In this document: positions 37,208 through 48,971 of the stretch, piece by piece | How the letters are laid out: every line of letters begins with the position of its first letter | Position numbering within the stretch: the first letter of the stretch is position 1 | From: Holophagales bacterium | GTDB lineage: Bacteria; Acidobacteriota; Thermoanaerobaculia; Multivoradales; Multivoraceae | Direction of reading: 5' to 3' | Length of the DNA stretch: 64,000 bases | Assembly (NCBI GenBank): GCA_009837885.1 | Contig: VXSP01000045.1 | Location: forward strand, 325,526 to 389,525 | Program-made: the position numbers and the translations under genes | The notes under the pieces: model-generated | Told to the model about the DNA's origin: nothing | The model's database searches: none | What the model saw: only the letters and a program-made list of their open reading frames with translations

Positions 37208-40200
37208 TCAGGCGGTCGCCAACTGGCGCTCGGGGTGCATCTCGTCGACGTCGACGCCGACGATCTTCGAGACCCCGCGTTCCTCCATCGTGACCCCGTA
37301 GAGCGTGCTCGCGACCTGCATCGTCAGCTTGTTGTGGGTGATGACGAGGAACTGGGTCTCCGCCGACATCCGCTCCAGCATGTCGACGAAGCGCAGGATG
37401 TTCGCGTCGTCGAGCGGCGCGTCGACTTCGTCGAGGATGCAGAAGGGCGAGGGCTTGGTCTGGAAGAGGGCGAACAGCAGGGCGATCGCGGCCAGAGCCT
37501 TCTCGCCGCCTGAGAGCAGCATGATGTTCTGGGCCCGCTTTCCCGGCGGCCGGGCGGTGATCTCGATGCCGCAGTCAAGCGGATCCTCCTCGTCCATCAG
37601 GCGCATTTCCGCGTCTCCTCCGCGGAAAAGCTCCGTGAAGGTCCGCCCGAAGTTCTCGTTGACCTCGCTGAAGGTGGCGACGAAACGCTCGGAGGAGGTC
37701 CTGTCGATGTCGCGAATCGTGCGTTTCAGGCTCTCGACAGAGGACGCCACGTCGGCCCGCTGTCCGGCCAGGAAGGTGTGGCGCTCCTGCTGCTCGTCGT
37801 ACTCGTCGGCCGCCAGGACGTTGACCGGCCCCATCCGCTCCAGCAGGGTGCGCCGGCGTTCGAGCTCCTCGGTCATGGTCTCGAGGTCGGCGGCCTCGCC
37901 GTCCTGCGTTGCCGGCGCCTCCCGGGTGGCCAGCTCGCGCCGGAACTCCTCGCGGTACTCCCGTTCCAGGTGTTCGGCGTCCTGACGCAGGCCCGCCTGC
38001 CGCACGCGCAACTCCTCGATCCGGTCACGCAGTTCGTCGCGCCGGGTGCCGAGGTCGCGCATCCGGGCATCCAGTTCGCGTCCGCGGTCCCTCTCAGCCT
38101 CGAGAGCCTCCTGGGCGCCGGTCGCTTCGTCTCTGGCGCTCGTCCGCTCGGCCAGGGCGTCGTCGAGTTCCCGCCTCGCCCGGGTGGATGAGTCCTCGAG
38201 TTCGACAAGACGCCCGCGCAGCCGCTCCTGCTCGACCAGCCATTCCTCGTCGGCCTCGCGCAGACCCGCGATTCGTCCCTCGAGCCGCTCGGTTTCGTTC
38301 CGTTCGGTGGCGGAGCGCTCCTCGATCAACTCGAGTTGGCCCTGGCGGCCGGCGCCCGCGGTGACGTGCTCCTCCCGTTCTTCCCGAGCCCGCTCGACGG
38401 CGGCCGCCGCTTCCTGCACTGCCCGTTCCAGACTGCGGTGAACCGTCTCCCGGGCCTCGATGTCGGTCTGGATCCGGGCCTGCCGACTCTCCGTCTCGGC
38501 GATTCCGCGGATCAGTTCGTCGCGCTCGGTCTCGGCCGCCGCGCTCTCGCGGGCCTGCACGTCGCGTCGTTCGGTGATGTCCTGGAGCCGGGCCTTGGCG
38601 ACCGCGAGCTGTTCCCGTAGCCCGGCCGCGGCCTGCTCGATCCGTCGACCTTCCAGAGCGGCGTCGCGGACGCTCTCAGCGGCGGCATCGATGTCCCGAC
38701 CCAGTGCCGTGCAGCGCGCCTCGAGTTCGTCAGACCGTCGAACGAGGTCGTCGAGTTCGCGCTGGCGGCCCAGGGCGCCGGGCGCCGCGCCCTCGCCGCG
38801 GACGGTGACACGGCCGGCCTCGATCCAGAGCCGGTCGCGGCACAGGAAGGCGACACCCGGGTTGTCCGCCGCCAGGCGTTCCGCCGCTTCGGGGCTCTCC
38901 ACGAGACAGCCGGGCTGAAGCGAGCCCCGCAGATCCTCGGGGAGGCCCAGCGCGGTCCACACGTCGCCGACGATCTCCGGATCGTCGAGTTCCCCGAGTG
39001 CCGTGAGTTCCGACAGGGGCTGCGGCGGATCAGCCGGCCGGAGAAGTGTGACCTGGTGGTCGAAGCCGGCGAGAGCTCGGGCAATGGCGACCGCGTCTTC
39101 GTCGCCGGGGGCCAGGATCGCATTGCGCAGCGGACCGAGGAAGAGGTCCAGGCTGTCCTCCCAGCCCGCCGGGACGTTCACTTCGTCGCCGAGAAAGCGG
39201 GGCTCGGAGAGTTCCAGCTCGATCAGCGCGTCCCGGATTCCGGCCCGCAGTTCCTCGTCTCGCCGACCGAGCTCTCGGAGAACAGCCGCCCGCTTCTGGG
39301 CTTCGACCAGCTCCTCGCGGCGCGTTTCCAGTTCGGCCTGGGCGGTTTGCCGTCGGTCCCGGCTCGCTTCCAGGGCCACGGCCGCCCGCCGGGCGGCCTG
39401 GGTTTCGGTCGTCAGGGCGAGTTCCAGCGTTTCCACCTTGGCGCCCACGTCTCTGACGTCGACGTCGATCGAGCGGAGGGCTTCCTGGCTGCGTTCGAGG
39501 GTCTTTTCGGCGCGGTCGCGGCGGTCGACCGCCTTTTCGCTGACGATGCGCTCCGCGACCAGACTGCTTCGCAGTTCGTCGATGCCGACCCGCGATGCCG
39601 CCTGTTCCTCGAGCAGATCCCGGTGTCGTCTGCGCGCATCCTCGATCGCGGTATCGGCCTCGTCGATCCGCCGGCGGTCCTCGTGGACCTTCGCCAGCGC
39701 CTCTTCGCGCTCCGAGAGGAACATCTGGCGGCGTCCGGCGAGAACGGCGAGCGCCTCTTCGGCCGTTGCCAGTTCGCGGCGCCGCGTCTCCCCATCGCGG
39801 GCGCCTGCCTCGAGCCTCTCGGCGATCTCCGCTCGGGTGGCGCCGGCTCCCTTGATCAGTTCGCTCCGCCCCTCGATCGTCGCCAGCAGGGTGGCCTGAC
39901 GTTCGTGCGAGCGAACGGCCTCCTCTGTGCGCGCGTCGATGACGTGACGGGATTCGGCGAGTGCCGCGTTGCCGCGGGCGATCTCGGCCAGGAGTTCCGC
40001 CTCGCGGTCGGCCTCCCGTGCGAGAGCCGACCCGAGTTCCTCGAGCTCGCCACGGAGCTTCGCCCAGCGCGCCAGGAGCACGGCGTCGAGCAGTTCACGA
40101 TAGGCGTCCCTGCGCTCACGGTGGCGCCGGGCGGCGTTCGCCTGACGCTTGAGGGAGCGAAGACGGCGCTCGACCTCGGAGATGATGTCGTCGAGCCGGA

Positions 40201-40768
40201 GCAGATCGGCGGTCGCGTCCTCGAGCTTCAGGCTGGCCAGCCGCTTGCGGTTCTTGTAGCGGGTGATCCCGGCCGCTTCCTCGATCAGCTTGCGGCGTTC
40301 CTGGGGCTTGCCGGAGAGGATCATCCCGATCCGCCCCTGCTCGATCACGGAGTAGGCGCGAATGCCCAGACCCGTGTCCATCAGGATGTCGCGGATGTCC
40401 TTGAGCCGGGCCACCCGGTCATTCAACCGGTACTGGCCCTCGCCGCCCCGGAAGATTCGCCGCCCGATCGTGATGCGGCCATCCTCGGCGTTTTCGACGC
40501 TGCCGTCGGTGAGGAAGGTGAGGCTGACCTCGGCCATCCCCAGGGGCTTGCGTTGGCCGCTCCCGTTGAATATGACTTCCTCCATGGAGCTGCCGCGGAG
40601 CGACTTCGGGCTCTGTTCGCCGAGCACCCAGGTGATGGCCTCCGCCAGGTTGCTCTTGCCGCAGCCGTTGGGTCCGACGATCGCCGTGATGCCGCGGGCG
40701 AACCGGCTCGTTACCGGGTCGACGAAGGTCTTGAAGCCGTTGACTTCAAGGCTCTCGAGTTTGAGCAT
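37208..40768 (-). CDS. smc: Chromosome segregation protein SMC
   Basis: N-terminal Walker A GPNGCGKSN. Long coiled coils. C-terminal LSGGEKALAAIALLFA...ILDEVDAPLD. ATG at 40768; the track ORF is over-extended 5'. Confidence 0.9.
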   Translation of the reverse strand: MLKLESLEVNGFKTFVDPVTSRFARGITAIVGPNGCGKSNLAEAITWVLGEQSPKSLRGSSMEEVIFNGSGQRKPLGMAEVSLTFLTDGSVENAEDGRITIGRRIFRGGEGQYRLNDRVARLKDIRDILMDTGLGIRAYSVIEQGRIGMILSGKPQERRKLIEEAAGITRYKNRKRLASLKLEDATADLLRLDDIISEVERRLRSLKRQANAARRHRERRDAYRELLDAVLLARWAKLRGELEELGSALAREADREAELLAEIARGNAALAESRHVIDARTEEAVRSHERQATLLATIEGRSELIKGAGATRAEIAERLEAGARDGETRRRELATAEEALAVLAGRRQMFLSEREEALAKVHEDRRRIDEADTAIEDARRRHRDLLEEQAASRVGIDELRSSLVAERIVSEKAVDRRDRAEKTLERSQEALRSIDVDVRDVGAKVETLELALTTETQAARRAAVALEASRDRRQTAQAELETRREELVEAQKRAAVLRELGRRDEELRAGIRDALIELELSEPRFLGDEVNVPAGWEDSLDLFLGPLRNAILAPGDEDAVAIARALAGFDHQVTLLRPADPPQPLSELTALGELDDPEIVGDVWTALGLPEDLRGSLQPGCLVESPEAAERLAADNPGVAFLCRDRLWIEAGRVTVRGEGAAPGALGRQRELDDLVRRSDELEARCTALGRDIDAAAESVRDAALEGRRIEQAAAGLREQLAVAKARLQDITERRDVQARESAAAETERDELIRGIAETESRQARIQTDIEARETVHRSLERAVQEAAAAVERAREEREEHVTAGAGRQGQLELIEERSATERNETERLEGRIAGLREADEEWLVEQERLRGRLVELEDSSTRARRELDDALAERTSARDEATGAQEALEAERDRGRELDARMRDLGTRRDELRDRIEELRVRQAGLRQDAEHLEREYREEFRRELATREAPATQDGEAADLETMTEELERRRTLLERMGPVNVLAADEYDEQQERHTFLAGQRADVASSVESLKRTIRDIDRTSSERFVATFSEVNENFGRTFTELFRGGDAEMRLMDEEDPLDCGIEITARPPGKRAQNIMLLSGGEKALAAIALLFALFQTKPSPFCILDEVDAPLDDANILRFVDMLERMSAETQFLVITHNKLTMQVASTLYGVTMEERGVSKIVGVDVDEMHPERQLATA

Positions 40769-40912
40769 CGTGCGTGTGGTGGCCAATCGGGCTGGTTGAG
40801 CTTCGGGGAACATAACAGGGTTCATGCATAAGTCACAAGTGGTTGTGCCGGCGACGGACCGCGTCCACAACATGTGGCGTCGCGAGCGCGCCGCTGATAC
40901 GCTGCCGCGGCC

Positions 40913-41466
40913 GTGAGTGCGCTGACTGTCAAGCGGATGCTGTTCGACGCGCCGCAGATGGCGCGGATGATGCGCCGGATGGCGTTGGAGGTGGTCGAGC
41001 GGGCGGGGGGCACCGATTCGCTGATGCTGGTCGGCGTGCGCACGCGCGGCGTGCCCCTGGCCGACTTCGTCGCCGCCGAGATCAAGCGCACCGAAGGCGT
41101 CGCCGTGCCAGTGGGCGTGCTCGACATCACGCTCTACCGGGACGATCTCTCGACCATCGCGCCGCAGCCCGTGGTCAAGGAGAGCGTGATGCCGGTGCCG
41201 ATCGACGACCGAATCGTCGTGCTCTGCGACGACGTCCTCTACAGCGGCCGCACGATCCGGGCGGCGATGGACGCTCTGATCATGGACTACGGCCGGCCGC
41301 GGGCGATCCGCCTGGCGGTGCTGATCGACCGTGGCCACCGGGAACTGCCGATCCACGCCGACTGCGTCGGTGAACACGTGCAGACGACCGACACCGAGGT
41401 GATCAAGGTCTCTTACGCCGCCACCGACGGCGGCAAGGAGATGGTCGAGCTCCTGGAACGCGAGGG

Positions 41467-41470
<4 letters not shown>
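40913..41470 (+). CDS. pyrR: Bifunctional pyrimidine operon regulator/uracil phosphoribosyltransferase PyrR
   Basis: PRTase motif [22 protein letters not shown]. 185 aa. Confidence 0.85.
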
Positions 41471-42416
<946 letters not shown>

Positions 42417-42420
<4 letters not shown>

Positions 42421-43706
42421 GCGGATCGCTGGTGATTCGGGGGGGCCGGGTTGTCGATCCGACCCAGGAACTCGACGGCGCGGCGGACGTCCTGATCGAG
42501 GGCGGCAGGGTGACGGCCTGCGGACCCGGTCTCGCGGCGCCGGAGAACGTGCGCGAGTTCGACGCCGCGGGGTTGGTGGTCGTACCCGGCCTGATCGACA
42601 TGCACGTCCACCTGCGCGAGCCGGGCCAGGAGTACAAGGAGACGATCGAGACCGGCACCCGCGCGGCGGCGTCGGGCGGGTTCACCGCCGTCGCCTGCAT
42701 GCCGAACACGGACCCGGTGAACGACGATCCGTCACTGACCGAGTTCATGCTCAAGCAGGCGGAGCGGGCGGGCTGGACTCGTGTGTACCCGATCTCGGCG
42801 GTCAGCCGGGGGCTGGAGGGCCGCGAGTTGACGGAGTTCGGGGCGCAGCGGCGGGCCGGCGCGGTAGCGGTCTCGGACGACGGCCATCCGGTCTGGAGCG
42901 CCGCCCTGATGCGCCAGGCGCTGCGATACGCCCGGCACTTCGACCTGCCGGTCATCCAGCACGCCGAGGAACTCGCACTCTCGGGCGACGGGGTCATGCA
43001 CGAGGGACGCTTCTCGACGCGGCTCGGCGTCGAGGGGATCCCCGGCGCCGCGGATGACGTGATGGTCTCCCGCGATCTGCTCCTGACCGCTGATACGGGG
43101 GGCCGCTACCACCTGGCGCACATGTCGACCGCGCGCAGCCTGGACCTGATCCGGGCCGCCAGGGCCGATGGCCACCGGGTCACCTGCGAGGTCTCGGCCC
43201 ATCACCTGCTGCTGACGGACGAGGACGTCTTCGACTCGGGGCTGGACCCGAACTTCAAGATGCATCCGCCGCTCAGAACCGCCGGCGACCGCGACGCCCT
43301 GGTCGGGGGCCTCGCCGATGGTTCGATCGACGCGATCGCGAGCGATCACGCCCCCCACCATCCGGACGAGAAGGAGCTCGACTTCGTCGCCTCGCCGAAC
43401 GGCATCGTCGGGCTCGAGACGACGCTCAGCCTCTGCCTGGACCGGCTGGTGAGGAAGGGCGTGATCGACATGGCGCGCCTCGTCGACCTGCTGTCGACGG
43501 CGCCCGCGAGGATCCTCGGCGTGCCTGGGGGCAGCCTCGCGCCCGGTTCGCCCGGCGACGTGACCCTGATCGACGTGGAGCGCGAGGTCGAAGTCGATCC
43601 GGCGACGTTCCGGAGCAGGTCGCGGAACACGCCGTTCGCGGGCTGGGAGCTTCGCGGCGCGCCGGCCGGCACCGTCGTCGGCGGTCGCGTGATCGAGCTG
43701 CCGTAG
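42417..43706 (+). CDS. pyrC: Dihydroorotase
   Basis: [10 protein letters not shown] metal-binding motif, amidohydrolase fold. GTGA overlap with the pyrB stop. Confidence 0.9.
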
Positions 43707-43718
43707 CCGGGAACCGCC

Positions 43719-43747
43719 CACTGGGCGCGCCGGCGTCCCCGCCGGCA
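43719..43747 (+). repeat. REP-like conserved hairpin copy B (ACTGGGCGCGCCGGCGTCCCCGCCGGC), 13 nt after the pyrC stop
   Basis: Same 27-nt element as at 21457 and 57235. Stem GCCGGCG/CGCCGGC. Confidence 0.5.
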
Positions 43748-43784
43748 TCCGGAGCGAAGCGACGGGCTCTGGGTGTCCGCTGAA

Positions 43785-44591
43785 CTACCCGATACTCCGC
43801 CCGCCGTCGATGTCGAGGCAGACGCCGGTGAGAAAGGCCGCGTCGTCGGAGGCGAGGTAGGCGACGGCGGCGGCCACGTCGGCCGGTTCGGCGAGTCGGC
43901 CCAGCGGGATCGTCTTCTGAAGGACATCGCGTCCCGATGCGTCCAGCTTCCGTCCCCCCGAGGGGCCCTTCATGAAGTCGGTGTCGGCGGCGACGGGGTT
44001 GACCGCGTTGACGCGGATGCCATGAGGCGCGAGTTCAGTCGCCAGTCCCCGGGTCAGTGTGATGACCGCCCCCTTCGTCGCGTTGTAGGCGGTGATCAGC
44101 GGTCGCGGGCGGACGGCGCCGATCGACGCCGTGTTCACGATCACCCCGCCTCCGCGCTCGAGCAGCCGCGGCACGCCGTGCACCACGCCCAGATAGACGC
44201 TCTTCGTGTTCACCTCGAAGACCCGGTCGTAGTCGGCCTCGGCGAGCTTCCAGAGGGGCCGGGCCCGGTGGCAGTAGCCCGCGTTGTTGACGAGGATGTC
44301 GATGCCGCCGAACGCGCCGCAGGTCCGCTCCATCAGCCGCCGCACGTCGTCGCCCTTCGATACGTCGACCGTCTCGAAGAGGACCCTGGCGCCGCGCTTT
44401 GCGAGCTGGGCCGTGGTCCTCTTCCCCTTGCCTGAATCGATGTCCGCGAGCGCGACGGCCGCGCCTTCTTCGGTGAGCCTTCGTGCGATGGCGCGGCCGA
44501 AACCGCCGGCCGCGCCGGTCACGACCGCGACCTTTCTCGCGAACCGGGAAGTGGCTGTCGCGCTGTCGTTCTTGCTGTTCGAGTCGTTCAT
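43785..44591 (-). CDS. SDR family short-chain dehydrogenase/reductase
   Basis: TGAAGGFG Rossmann motif, NNAG, YNATK catalytic motif. Confidence 0.85.
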   Translation of the reverse strand: MNDSNSKNDSATATSRFARKVAVVTGAAGGFGRAIARRLTEEGAAVALADIDSGKGKRTTAQLAKRGARVLFETVDVSKGDDVRRLMERTCGAFGGIDILVNNAGYCHRARPLWKLAEADYDRVFEVNTKSVYLGVVHGVPRLLERGGGVIVNTASIGAVRPRPLITAYNATKGAVITLTRGLATELAPHGIRVNAVNPVAADTDFMKGPSGGRKLDASGRDVLQKTIPLGRLAEPADVAAAVAYLASDDAAFLTGVCLDIDGGRSIG

Positions 44592-44717
44592 GGTGAGTAT
44601 CTCCCCGGGTTTCGGGCGGCTACGCTACCTTGCCATCCGCGCGCCCCACGAAGGGGCGCACGGAGTGGGACGCGGGTGGCGCGAAACGCGCCACCCGGGT
44701 TCAGCGCGGGAGGCAAG

Positions 44718-46214
44718 ATGATGGGAGAGCCAGCAGCAGGTAAGCGGCGCGTGGTCGTCGTCGGCGCCGGCAACGCGGCGTTGTGCGCCGCCCTCGCGGC
44801 CCGGGAGGAGGGCGCGTCGGTAACCGTGCTGGAGCGTGCGCCGCGCGCGGAACGGGGAGGGAACAGCCGCTTCACGATGGCGGCGATGCGCTTCGCCTAT
44901 GACGGCCTGGACGATCTGCGCGAGGTGGCCGCTGGTCTGGGCGAGGAGGAGATCGAGGCCAGCGATTTCGGAACGTATCCGGCGCGGCGATTCGCCGAGG
45001 ACCTCGAACGGACCGGTGGCGGTCGCGCCGACTCCAAGCTGGTCGGAACCCTGGTGGGGGAGAGCCTCCGGACGCTGCGCTGGATGCGTGGCCAGGGGGT
45101 CGAGTTCGTTCCGCTCTACGCGGGTCAGGCGTTCGAAGTCGACGGCAAGCGCCGGTTCTGGGGCGGCTTGACATTGCAGGCGCGGGGAGGCGGCCCCGGC
45201 CTGGTGGCGGCCCTCGAGCGGGCGGCGGAGAGTGCAGGAATCGAGACGCGCTACGGCTGCCGGGCTTTGAGCCTGCGGTTGGAAGAGGACGCCGTGTGCG
45301 GCGTCGAGGTCGAGGAGGAGTCGGTTCGGCGCGTCCTCGAGGCCGACAGCGTGGTTCTCGCCAGCGGCGGCTTCGAGGCGAATCGTGAGTGGCGCCGCCG
45401 CTACCTCGGCGAAGGTTGGGAGGAGGCCAGGGTCCGGGGCAGCCGCTACAACGAGGGCTGTGGCATCCGCATGGCCCTCGAAATCGGCGCCGGACGGGCC
45501 GGACAGTGGTCCGGCTGCCACGCCGTGGCGTGGGATCTGAACGCGCCTGAGGTCGGCAACCTCGAGGTCCGCCACCGCTACCAGAAGCACAGCTATCCGC
45601 TTGGCATCGTCGTCAACGCGAGGGGAGAGCGGTTTCTCGACGAGGGCGCGGACTTTCGGAACTACACCTACGCCAGGTACGGCCGCGAGGTGCTGGAGCA
45701 GCCGGGCCGTTTCGCCTGGCAGGTGTTCGATGCGCGGGTCGCTCACCTGCTGCGGGACGAGTACCGGAAGCGGCACGCGACGCGGGTCGAAGCCGACTCG
45801 CTCCCGGGACTCGCCGACCGTCTCGAGGGTGTGGACGGCGAGACGTTCCTGCGGACGGTCGGCGACTTCAACGCCGCCGTGCGCCGGGAGGTGCCTTTCG
45901 ATCCCAGCGTCCTTGATGGCCGCTCGACCCGCGGTCTGGTCCCGAACAAGTCGAACTGGGCCAACCCGATCGAGGAGCCGCCGTTCGAGGCCTTCGCCGT
46001 GACCTGCGGCATCACGTTCACGTTCGGGGGCCTGTCGGTTGACCGGCGCGCCAGGGTGCTCGACGACGGCGGACGGCCGATTCCGCACCTGTTCGCGGCG
46101 GGCGAGCTCGTCGGCGGCCTGTTCTACGACAACTACCCGGGCGGTTCCGGGCTGACGGCGGGCGCGGTGTTCGGCCGTCTGGCCGGCCGGGGGGCGGGCC
46201 GGTTCGATGGCTGA
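44718..46214 (+). CDS. FAD-dependent oxidoreductase, TcuA (tricarballylate dehydrogenase)-like flavoprotein
   Basis: ATG at 44718 with GGGAGG SD. VVVVGAGNAALCAALAA...GGNS and ASGGFEANREWRRRYLGEGW resemble TcuA / fumarate-reductase-like flavoproteins. Confidence 0.7.
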   Translation: MMGEPAAGKRRVVVVGAGNAALCAALAAREEGASVTVLERAPRAERGGNSRFTMAAMRFAYDGLDDLREVAAGLGEEEIEASDFGTYPARRFAEDLERTGGGRADSKLVGTLVGESLRTLRWMRGQGVEFVPLYAGQAFEVDGKRRFWGGLTLQARGGGPGLVAALERAAESAGIETRYGCRALSLRLEEDAVCGVEVEEESVRRVLEADSVVLASGGFEANREWRRRYLGEGWEEARVRGSRYNEGCGIRMALEIGAGRAGQWSGCHAVAWDLNAPEVGNLEVRHRYQKHSYPLGIVVNARGERFLDEGADFRNYTYARYGREVLEQPGRFAWQVFDARVAHLLRDEYRKRHATRVEADSLPGLADRLEGVDGETFLRTVGDFNAAVRREVPFDPSVLDGRSTRGLVPNKSNWANPIEEPPFEAFAVTCGITFTFGGLSVDRRARVLDDGGRPIPHLFAAGELVGGLFYDNYPGGSGLTAGAVFGRLAGRGAGRFDG

Positions 46215-47250
46215 GCCTTCGGCCGATGCCAGCGTTCCCCTCGGGAACCTCCAGATCCACAGCCCGCGCGGGCGCGTGCGCTACCTCAAGGTAACCGCCG
46301 CGAAACTCCAGCTTGGGCTGGCGGCGCTGATTCTCGTTGGTTCCCTCGTGGTCAATGCCGCTCTGATCGCTCCCGTCGTCGTACGCTCCCAGTTCTCGAG
46401 GGCCGAGCAGGTCGAGGTGTTCGGGGAACACAGGCGGCTGGCGGCCCGTTTCGAGGCACTGGCCGAACGCTACTCGGAGGTCCGCCAACTGGCGTCGGAG
46501 CTCGATAGTCGACTGTGCAAGATCGTCCTTGCCTACGGTGTCGGGGCGCCAGCGAACGAAGGATGCGGCGAGGCCGTCGACGTCCTGGAGGAACCCGCCC
46601 TCACCTTGCGGCAGGGCGAGGTGGTGCTGATCGAGTCAGGCGTCGAGGAAGACGTGGAACGGGTGACGGGGCGCATCGAGGGCCGGCTGCAGGCGGCCCT
46701 CGAGGTCGAACGGGCCGAGCCCGAGCTCGTCGAGTCGACGCCGTCCGCGGTTCCGCTTCGCGGCGACGACTTCGTCCTCGTCGGCCCGTTCGGACAGACG
46801 AGAAACCGGGTGACGGACGTTGAAGAGTTCCACCAGGGCATCGATCTCGCGGCGTCCGCCGGGGCGCCGGTGCTGGCCACTGCGGCCGGTCGCGTGACGT
46901 ATGCGGGACGGGGCGCAGCTTTGGGCCGTTCCTGGGTTCGCTACGGGCGGATCGTGGGAATCCGGCATGGTGACCGCTTCATCACCCTGTTCGGCCACCT
47001 GGATACGACGGAGGTGCGAGCGGGGCAATCGGTCAGCCGCGGACAACGCATCGGCACCGTCGGCGCGACCGGATGGAGCGTGGAACCGAATCTCCACTAC
47101 GGCGTGCTGCGGCGGCGCGGCGACGGAGGCTACTTCGCCGTCGATCCCCGCATCCACATCCTGGACTACCGGTGGAACGAGGAAGGCTTCATCGCCTCCG
47201 ATCGGACACCGGCGGATCCCCTGACCCTGCCGGCCACGTTGCGGCGATAA
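46207..47250 (+). CDS. M23 family metallopeptidase (LytM domain) with N-terminal TM segment
   Basis: HQGIDLAA...HGDRFITLFGHL...GATGWSVEPNLHY. ATGA-type overlap with the upstream stop. Confidence 0.8.
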   Translation: MAEPSADASVPLGNLQIHSPRGRVRYLKVTAAKLQLGLAALILVGSLVVNAALIAPVVVRSQFSRAEQVEVFGEHRRLAARFEALAERYSEVRQLASELDSRLCKIVLAYGVGAPANEGCGEAVDVLEEPALTLRQGEVVLIESGVEEDVERVTGRIEGRLQAALEVERAEPELVESTPSAVPLRGDDFVLVGPFGQTRNRVTDVEEFHQGIDLAASAGAPVLATAAGRVTYAGRGAALGRSWVRYGRIVGIRHGDRFITLFGHLDTTEVRAGQSVSRGQRIGTVGATGWSVEPNLHYGVLRRRGDGGYFAVDPRIHILDYRWNEEGFIASDRTPADPLTLPATLRR

Positions 47251-47260
47251 CGGGAGAAAC

Positions 47261-47950
47261 GTGTTCATGAGCTATCGAGCAGTCATCTTCGACCTGGGCG
47301 GAGTCGTCTTCGGCTCCCCGCTGCACGCCATCCGGCGCTACGAACAGGCGAACGGCATCGAGGAGAATTTCGTCAACCGCCTGGTCGTGGCGGCCGGGCC
47401 GGGAGGCTCCTGGCAGCGGATGGAGCGCGGCGAGCTGGTCATGGGGCCGGGCTTCTTCGCCGCCTTCGACGACGATGTGAGGGCGGCCGATCCCTCGGTG
47501 GCCGAGCGTTTCTCGGCCGAGGAGATGATGGCGGCGATCGCGGAGGAGTCAAAGCCCAGGCCGCAGATGATCGACGCGCTGCGGCGGTTACGCGCCGGCG
47601 GCTACACCGTGACGGCGTTGACGAACAACTGGGTCAGCGAGGAGGAACGGGAACCCGCGGATGCCGAGGAGGCCGCGATGCGGGCCGAGGTCCGTGCCCT
47701 GTTCGACGACTACGTCGAGTCGAGCGTCGTCGGCCTGCGCAAGCCCGATCCCGCGATCTACCGACTGGCCTGCGGCCGGATCGGCGTCGAACCGCGCGAG
47801 GCGGTGTTCCTGGACGACATCGGTTCGAACCTGAAGAGCGCGCGGGCACTCGGCATGACGACGATCAAGGTCGACGACGCCGACGACGCCCTCGCGGAAC
47901 TCTGGCGGACGCTGGCCAGGAGGCGGCGCGACAGAAACGACATGGAGTGA
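47261..47950 (+). CDS. HAD-superfamily hydrolase (subfamily IA)
   Basis: Motif I VIFDLGGV. VFLDDIGSNL (motif IV region). Confidence 0.75.
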   Translation: MFMSYRAVIFDLGGVVFGSPLHAIRRYEQANGIEENFVNRLVVAAGPGGSWQRMERGELVMGPGFFAAFDDDVRAADPSVAERFSAEEMMAAIAEESKPRPQMIDALRRLRAGGYTVTALTNNWVSEEEREPADAEEAAMRAEVRALFDDYVESSVVGLRKPDPAIYRLACGRIGVEPREAVFLDDIGSNLKSARALGMTTIKVDDADDALAELWRTLARRRRDRNDME

Positions 47951-48021
47951 GTTCTGTCGCGAAGCCTCCTGGCGAGGTGGGGGCTGGGGGCCAAACAGCG
48001 AGCCTGCGAGCGGTTTGGCGG

Positions 48022-48816
48022 CTACTCCGGAAGGGTGAACGTGAGATCGAGCGTCGCGGCGAGCCCGTCGAGCAGCGTCACGCCGGACCGCATCGTGCCG
48101 AGACGTTCGTGCCACGCCTCGATCGTGTAGGTGCCGGCCGGGAGCCCGGGAATCTCGAACGAGCCGTCCGGCCCGGAGACGGCGAAGTAGGGGTGGCTGA
48201 AGACCCCGACATAGCTCGACATCCACGGGTGGACGTCGCACTTGATCCGGAACGCCGGCTCCTCGTCGGTGAACGAGAACGTGGCCTGCTTGATGGCCGC
48301 CGGCATGGCCCGGTTGAAGGGGCGGTTGACCTCGGACAGCGAGTGGACGTTGTGGAGCAACTCGTCCGAGTTCAGCACCTTGAGCTCCTGGCCCACCATG
48401 ATGCCTGCGACGCGGGGCGTGTAGCGGCAGCCCTGCTGGTCGATCACGGGCGGTTCCGCCGGCGGGTAGGGCCCCTGTGGAACGTTGTCGGCGACGTAGA
48501 CGAGGACGTTGGCCAGGCCGGCCTGATCGTCGACCGCGAGGATCTCCGGATAGACCGGCTCCGTGTGCTTGGCGGCGCAGGCGGGATCGGCATGCATGTT
48601 GAGCGGCCGGAGTTCCGGCACCTCGCCGTCGAAGCGAACGACGCCGGCGATCGAACTGTTGCCGAGGGGTTCGGTGGGTGTGGCTTCGGGGGCTGAGGGA
48701 GTGTCGCCGCCGGAGTGCTCCGGGGCATCGCCGGCGCAGCCGGCCAGGAGGAAGGCGAAGGGAAGAAGGGCCGTGGAGAGGGCCAGCGGAAGCGTAGTTC
48801 TCGATGCGCAGATCAT
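48022..48816 (-). CDS. Cupredoxin (amicyanin-like type-1 copper) lipoprotein, paralogue 1
   Basis: Lipobox LLAGC. T1-Cu ligand pattern LHNVHS ... CDVHPWM (H, C-x2-H-x2-M). Paralogue of 52397..53113, with an extra C-terminal beta-sandwich tail (DGSFEIPGLPAGTYTIEA). Confidence 0.55.
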   Translation of the reverse strand: MICASRTTLPLALSTALLPFAFLLAGCAGDAPEHSGGDTPSAPEATPTEPLGNSSIAGVVRFDGEVPELRPLNMHADPACAAKHTEPVYPEILAVDDQAGLANVLVYVADNVPQGPYPPAEPPVIDQQGCRYTPRVAGIMVGQELKVLNSDELLHNVHSLSEVNRPFNRAMPAAIKQATFSFTDEEPAFRIKCDVHPWMSSYVGVFSHPYFAVSGPDGSFEIPGLPAGTYTIEAWHERLGTMRSGVTLLDGLAATLDLTFTLPE

Positions 48817-48971
48817 GCGCCTATTCTAATGGGCCGCAGGACGGTTGCACCGGGGTTCTTCTCGCCGTACGGCCCGTTTCCTTGACCGCGATAGGGGCGG
48901 GTGTTAGCTTCCGCGCGATTCGTGGCCCGGCCGGCCCTTGAGGGCACAGCCGCCCTATCTCCAGGCCCTCG

